DNA of 64,000 nt from Rhynchobatus australiae (Eukaryota), in NCBI GenBank assembly GCA_034780895.1, contig JAUZTB010000057.1, positions 20,531,823-20,595,822 on the forward strand. Reading direction: 5' to 3'. Numbering within the stretch: the first letter of the stretch is position 1; every line of letters starts with the position of its first letter. Position numbers and translations under genes: made by a program. The notes under the pieces are model-generated. The model did no database searches, was not told where the DNA came from, and was given only the letters and a program-made list of their open reading frames with translations. Positions 57,556 through 64,000 of this stretch are shown here, in pieces.

Positions 57556-57780
57556 TCAGAAGTTCTGCTTTTTTGACCACTGCTTTCAGATAATCGGATT
57601 TCTGTGCCAGAGCTTTATCCAGAAGTGTTCTTGCCTTCTCTTGTGTCATCGGGTCTTCCAGGCAAACAGTGGCAAAAAGGGTCAAAGTTTGGGCATTTGG
57701 ACCAAGCGTTTTGAAAACATTATTTGCCATTACCATTGCCTCACGTATGCTGTTTGAAGCCAAATAGCATTCAACTAGTC
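57556..57780 (-). CDS. ANAPC7: APC7 exon GLVECYLASNSIREAMVMANNVFKTLG...KAVVKKAELL
   Basis: tctatag| and |gtaaga; 225 nt; phase matches both neighbours. Confidence 0.96.
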
Positions 57781-57929
57781 CTATAGATACAAAGTGCAAA
57801 AATAATGCATCTTGGAAGAAAATGCTTAAAAGTAAAATAGGAAAAAGTGTTATAGAAATTAAACTGTAAGATTATGATGGAACAAAGTTAATACTTTGAA
57901 GATATAACTGCATATTCTGCTTTTAAAAT

Positions 57930-58312
57930 ATAAGCAAAAGCTGGAAGATCTCAGCAGATTAGGAAGCATCAATGGAATGAGAAACAGTTTATCTTTTGGG
58001 TCAATGACTTCATCAGAATTGGACAAACTAGAAGTTAAATGTATAACGAGCAATGCAAATGGATGATGTTAAACAAGTAACATAGAATGAGTCTGCCTAA
58101 ATGGCAGCAGTAGAATTTACAATTGAAGTCAAGACATTAAACTAATCCCTCCACCCCATCTCACACTTTTCCTTGTTGTTTCCTCGTTTCTTATAATATT
58201 TAAATTTCCATCTTTTTCCAGCTGTTGAAAAGATATTAATCTAAAGCATTAACCATCTCTCTCTCCGCAGATACTACCTCATGAGCTGAGTTTAAGCATT
58301 CTGTTTTTACTT
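57930..58312. mobile_element. Penelope-type repeat with two inverted terminal blocks
   Basis: aagctggaagatctcagcagattaggaagcatc at the left end; reverse-like ctctccgcagatactacc...gctgagtttaagcattctg at the right end. Confidence 0.5.
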
Positions 58313-59639
58313 CATCCATGATATTTTACCTTTGCTTTTGAGGTTATGCATTTAAATTAGGACAAAGTGTCCCTGATGAGACATTTAAAAAAAACTAGGA
58401 CAATATTCACTGGAACACAAGTTGAGAGGAAGACCTACGAGTGTTCAAAATTCTGACAGACAAGGAAAATAAAAGTACTAAAGTCAGTGAAACCATGAGC
58501 AAATTACATCAACTATGGGTTAGAAGGTTAGAATGCATTTTGCAAAGATCAAGAACATTGGAAGGAAATATTAAAAAGCATGAAAATAACAAATTTAGGA
58601 TTAGGACAGCTAGCTCTAAGAAGACATAGTACAACCAATGTGGGTTAAACAACCTATTCAAGGTATCCATATAATAATAAGTTTATTACCAATTAGCCAT
58701 ATACTTAATTGTTTTCACTTCATGATGCCCATAAAAATTTAGTTTTTTTTTAAAAAGGCATTTGTTTTTTTTAAAAAATTATATACCAGTTGACCTCCTG
58801 CAAGTAGTAGAGTCTTCAGCCAAGGCTGGGATAGCAGACTCGGCAAAACAGGACTAAGCTGTCTCACATCACTTTCTTGCATCCCTCATCACCATCTCCT
58901 TGTAACTAAAGGCACTGCTTTAAGCAATGAAAGCAATATGTGGAATGTCAGAGGGCAGAGTTGAGCAAAGGATCATGGAGGCTTCAGGGGAAGTGGAGGA
59001 TGCAGAATTTACTGCATCAGGGGTTCTCCAGGATGTTGTCTGAGAGGTAGTATTTCATNNNNNNNNNNNNNNNNNNNNNNNNNNNNNNNNNNNNNNNNNN
59101 NNNNNNNNNNNNNNNNNNNNNNNNNNNNNNNNNNNNNNNNNNNNNNNNNNNNNNNNNNAGAATTTACTCAAAACTGAGGGAGGATGGTAGAAAGAACATG
59201 GGTGCTAGAGAAAGGATAAAAACAATTAGATTAAAAAGTACAGCTTTAATATGTATTTAATACACTTTACCATTGGGGGAAATGTAAGGGAGAAAAATGG
59301 AACAGGGCCTAGGCCACAGAATCAGCAAATATTAGGAGAGAGGATAGATACTGTGTAGATGAGGCAGGAAGACGTGTTCCTGGATGGAATCAAAATATGT
59401 TTTGACTCTGAAGTCTATGTCAGCAGACTTATAGAAATCAGTTCAGATTAGTTTTGGGAGAGAGCTGGTGGCTGAGATAATGCAACTCATGAAACTAGGA
59501 CCATAAACGAAGAATGTATGACACCGTTGTGGAAGAGAGTACAAATGATGGGAGAAAAGGTTGCTATTAGCAGTTAATATGCAGTAAGAGAATAAAGTGA
59601 CTGTAATGAGAACTGAGTATATGTAAATGAATGAAATGA

Positions 59640-60760
59640 CAGCAAGGGAAAGCCGCTCAGCCCTCAAGCCTGCTTCACCATTCAATATGATCATGGTTGA
59701 TCTGACTGTAACCTCCAAAATTTTTGCCTACATCTGGTAATGTTTCACTACCACAAATCTATCCTGGCCTGCCTTAAAAAATGTACAAGTCTGTTTCCAT
59801 TATGCTTTGTGGAAGAGAATTCCAGACTCACAACCCTAAAAAACTCATCGCAATCTTAAATGGACAATCCTTTATTTANNNNNNNNNNNNNNNNNNNNNN
59901 NNNNNNNNNNNNNNNNNNNNNNNNNCCATCCTCAGGATCCTGTAGTACAATCAAATCTTTTCTCACTTTTTAAATTCTAGCAAATACACATCTAGCAAGT
60001 CTAACCTATTCTCATGAGGCAATCTTAACATTTCAGGTGTTGATTTGTTAAGTCTTCTCTGAAAATGCTTCTAATGCCTCTTTCCTTAAATAGGCTGACA
60101 CTGTGCAGAGTATTGTGATCACACCAATGATCTGTATAACAAACATAACCTTCCTATGTTTGTATTCAATTTCCCTTGTAATAAACAATAACATTGTTAG
60201 CTTTCCTATCTCCTTTACCTGTAGTCTAGCCTTTCCAATGCACTAGATCATCCATATTCTCTCATCCTGTTTTTATCCCCCCCGCCAAAAAGAGAAACAA
60301 TTGTACATTTTCTAACTTGTATTCCGTTTGCCAGATCTTTGCCCACCCACTTAACCTACAAGGTTCCTTGTATAGTCTTCACAACTTATTTTCTCGTTGT
60401 CATTAGCAAATTTAGCAATCATACCAACAGAGCTTACACATTTTTTCCACAAGTTATTCACAAAGTGCAACAAGTTGAGGCCCTAGCAGTAAACCCTGTG
60501 AAGTACCACTTTCTACATCTTGCTGGCCAGAAAAGACACTAACTTACACATTCTGTTTCTTGTTAGCAAGCCAATCTTATACCATTCATCCTACATCATG
60601 AGCTTTTATTTTCTGTGNNNNNNNNNNTCTGTGATAACCTTTGATAAGGCACCTGATCAAATGCTTTTGGGAAATCCAGGTACAGTACATTCACATGTTA
60701 CTTGTTACTTCAAAAGTCGTCAATAAGTTGGTCAAACTTTTCCTTTCACAAAATCTAGCA
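59640..60760 (-). mobile_element. Degenerate CR1 LINE
   Basis: Reversed tail cagccctcaagcctgcttcaccattcaatatgatcatggttgatctg and reversed RT remnants. Confidence 0.7.
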
Positions 60761-61174
60761 ACAGTCTGAGATCAATTCCTGGGGACTGGGAGGTCCAAGA
60801 GGAAAAACAGGAGACTACATTCTACTAAAAGCTATCTTCTATACACAGACAAAACTTGGAAGCAGAGTTCCACAAAAATAAACAAGGGCCTTACATTAAA
60901 CTTCTTCCACACAACACTGCCTCATCAACCACCATTCAAAATCCACGATAAGGCCTAGGTCACTTTGGATCACTTCTCATATCTTGCAAACATCTATCAA
61001 TGCCTCCAGCATAGAGGGCAGGTTTTGGAAGTCCTGGGGGGGGGGGGGGGTGAAAATGTGCCTTAAGACTAAGGCCTCCAATCTCCAATTTTACATCAGT
61101 CTACTGGTCCACTGTGCATAGATATGAACAAACTACAGCAGACACCTTGAAGCTCTGGAGTACATTTATATAAA

Positions 61175-62703
61175 TTGCCACAACAGGTCTACAGCAGACG
61201 CAATCTCACTGGCTCTCCACTCTGCTTTGGAGCACCCAGACAACAGCAAAGCATACATCAGGCTGTTGTTTATCAACTACAGTGTTCAACACCATCACCC
61301 CCTCAGTACTAATCAACAAATTTCAAAACCTGGGCCTCTGTACCTCCCTCTGCAACTAGATCCTCAACTTCCTTATCAGAAGACCACAGTCAGTGTGGAT
61401 CAGTGATAACATCTCCTCCTCACTGACAATCAACACAGGCGCACCTCAAGGATGAGTGCTTGGCCCACTGCTCTACTCTCATGACTGTGTAGCCAGGCAC
61501 AGCTAAACACAATCTATAAATTCGCCGATGACACCACTGTTGGTAGAATCTCAGATGGTGACAAGGAGGCGTACAGGACTGAGATAGATCGGCTGGTTAA
61601 GTGTTGTTACAACAACAACCTCGCACACAATGTCAGCAAGACCAAGGAATTGATTGTGGAAAGGGGAAGTCAGGAGAACACATACCAGTCCTCATTGAGG
61701 CATTGAGGGGTCAGTGGTGGAAAGGGTGAACAGCTTCAAGTTTCTGGGCGTCAACATTTCAGATGATCTATCTTGGGCCCATGATACAATCACAAAGGTG
61801 GCATGCCAGAGGCTCTACTTCATTAGGAGTTTGAGGAGATTTGGTATATCACCAAAGACTCTTGCAAACTTCTACAGATGTACAGTGGAGAGCATCCTGA
61901 CGGGTTGCATTACTGTCTGGTACAGAGGTGCCAATGCACAGGATTGCAAGNNNNNNNNNNNNNNNNNNNNNNNNNNNNNNNNNNNNNNNNNNNNNNNNNN
62001 NNNNNNNNNNNNNNNNNNNNNNNNNNNNNNNNNNNNNNNNNNNNNNNNNNNNNNNNNNNNNNNNNNNNNNNNNNNNNNNNNNNNNNNNNNNNNNNNNNNN
62101 NNNNNNNNNNNNNNNNNNNNNNNNNNNNNNNNNNNNNNNNNNNNNNNNNNNNNNNNNNNNNNNNNNNNNNNNNNNNNNNNNNNNNNNNNNNNNNNNNNNN
62201 NNNNNNNNNNNNNNNNNNNNNNNNNNNNNNNNNNNNNNNNNNNNNNNNNNNNNNNNNNNNNNNNNNNNNNNNNNNNNNNNNNNNNNNNNNNNNNNNNNNN
62301 NNNNNNNNNNNNNNNNNNNNNNNNNNNNNNNNNNNNNNNNNNNNNNNNNNNNNNNNNNNNNNNNNNNNNNNNNNNNNNNNNNNNNNNNNNNNNNNNNNNN
62401 NNNNNNNNNNNNNNNNNNNNNNNNNNNNNNNNNNNNNNNNNNNNNNNNNNNNNNNNNNNNNNNNNNNNNNNNNNNNNGTTAGATACAGGAGTCTGAAAAC
62501 CCACATTCAATGTTTTACGAACAGTTTCTTCCCCTCTGCCATCCGATTTCTGAATGATCCAGGAACCCAGAAACACTAGCTCATTATTCCTCTTATTGCA
62601 TTATTTATTTTTGTAACTTAGTCATTTTTTATGTCTTGCATTGTCCTGCTGCTGCAAAACAACAGATTTCATGACACGTCAGTGGTAATAAACCAGATTC
62701 TGA
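61175..62703 (+). mobile_element. Rex1/Babar-like LINE (RT and C-terminal domain), 5'-truncated, with an internal gap
   Basis: ALHSALEHPDNSKAYIRLLFINYS, NTGAPQG, YKFADDTT, VERVNSFKFLGV...FYRCTVESILTGCITVWY, FTNSFFPSAIRFLN; tail aataaaccagattctgat. Confidence 0.9.
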
Positions 62704-62744
62704 TATACAAACTGTAACAAAGTTGAAGCCACATGACTAATTTG

Positions 62745-63280
62745 TGTGGCACACCACTGGTTATATTGCACCAACCTGGTTCAACACTGATCAAGGCATA
62801 GTCAATGGAGTACCAAAGCTGGAGTACTACCACAATGCTTTCTCTGCAAAATCATCCTACATCAACTTGCAGGAGTTTCTCTTGCGAGTCAACAATCCCA
62901 GCCACAAGGCTCTGATTACACTCAACCAATTTCAATGGGCAAGCCACATACACACGTCCAAAGAACACACTACTCTTGAGTTCTATGATGGCATGCAATT
63001 TCCAGGACAGAGAACTTTGAGAAGATCCTCAAAGTATTCTTGAAAAGTATATCTTCACCAACTCATGGAAATTGCTGGCCTAATACCATTCAAACTGGCA
63101 AGGGAAGCCTTGAGGAAAAGCACTTCGAGTCTCGCCAATGGGAGCATGCTAAGACCAAATGCAAAGCAATCCGAACAACCCACCCCACCTCCACTTGTGC
63201 CATCTGTAGACCTCTCACTGGACTCATTAGTCACCTCAGAACAGAAAGTTATCCTTGGCCCCAAAGGAATTGCCTAATGA
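62745..63280 (+). mobile_element. Degenerate RTE-clade LINE 3' fragment
   Basis: ALITLNQFQWASH (LRWAGH-like) and STCAICRPLTGLISHLRT (C-terminal zinc-finger-like); RTE-type tail. Confidence 0.65.
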
Positions 63281-63559
63281 GTTTAACAAATTTAAAATAA
63301 CTCTAATGAAGGATGTTTACACAAGTAATTTTTTTTTAAGAGGGTGCAACTATACAACAATCAATGACTGGTTGCATTTTTTCCAATTGTCTAAGGCCGC
63401 TTAAATTCCAACCAACTGAAATGCTGCAACTTCAAATAATATAAAAGCCAACAAATCAAAATAATTGAGCTGTTCTACTTCACTACTTACACAATTTCCC
63501 TGGGCAGAATTTAAAACATTCATCATACAGACACAAGAATAAGTCAAGAAATAACTTGC

Positions 63560-63756
63560 CTTCATAGCAATCCATTCTGCAAGGGGAGAGACGCATAGCT
63601 TCTCTGAAGTGTATAATAGCTTCCTGGATTCTGCCCAAGGCTCGCAAAGCAGCACCTTTTAATAGCAAGGCTTGCACACTGTTGCTATTCAATTGAATTG
63701 CTTTTGCTCCCAGATAAAGTGCACGTGAATATCGTTTGCTGTACAAACACTGATAA
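63560..63756 (-). CDS. ANAPC7: APC/C subunit 7 exon (YQCLYSKRYSRALYLGAKAIQLNSNSVQALLLKGAALR...PCRMDCYE), TPR region; GC donor
   Basis: On the - strand: tgtctctgcag| acceptor and GAAG|gcaagt donor; 197 nt; sequence recognisable as vertebrate APC7. Confidence 0.95.
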
Positions 63757-64000
63757 CTGCAGAGACAATAAGGCATCGAAAAGTCAGAGGTAATATTTCC
63801 AACACAGTAACTGTGGTAAAGTGTTTTTATACTTAAATAAGAAATCAAGGGCCGAGTGATGCTTTCTGCAGTCATGTTATGGTTGCTTCACTAGATCATA
63901 CAAATTAAGAGCAGAGTAGGCCACTCATGGCCAGTACTTTCCCTGCCAAAATGGATAATTTCACATTTTCCCACATTATACTTCATTTGCAGATCTTTGT

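Overview
Vertebrate genomic DNA from a gappy short-read-type scaffold. The repeat content (CR1, Rex1-like, RTE, Tx1, Deu-SINE, Penelope-type termini) suggests a cartilaginous fish, which is an inference. The + strand carries the 3' part of ATP2A2 (SERCA2 Ca2+-ATPase): exons equivalent to human 7-20, the read-through SERCA2b tail and a downstream SERCA2a-type terminal exon. The - strand carries the last four coding exons of ANAPC7, convergent with ATP2A2 as in human. The most interesting region is the ATP2A2 3' end. The 2a-type exon encodes an acidic SERCA1b-like tail (APEDEEENK*) instead of AILE*. A candidate 15-nt stop-containing micro-exon lies 255 nt upstream, followed by six UGCUU (MBNL-type) motifs, resembling the ATP2A1 exon-22 switch. 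Other points are a SERCA1-length loop in exon 12, a diverged phospholamban-docking loop, a GC-AG intron in ANAPC7, hammerhead-like motifs in Penelope-type repeats and a nested CR1 insertion. Comparisons with human sequences and repeat consensuses are from memory, not from a search.
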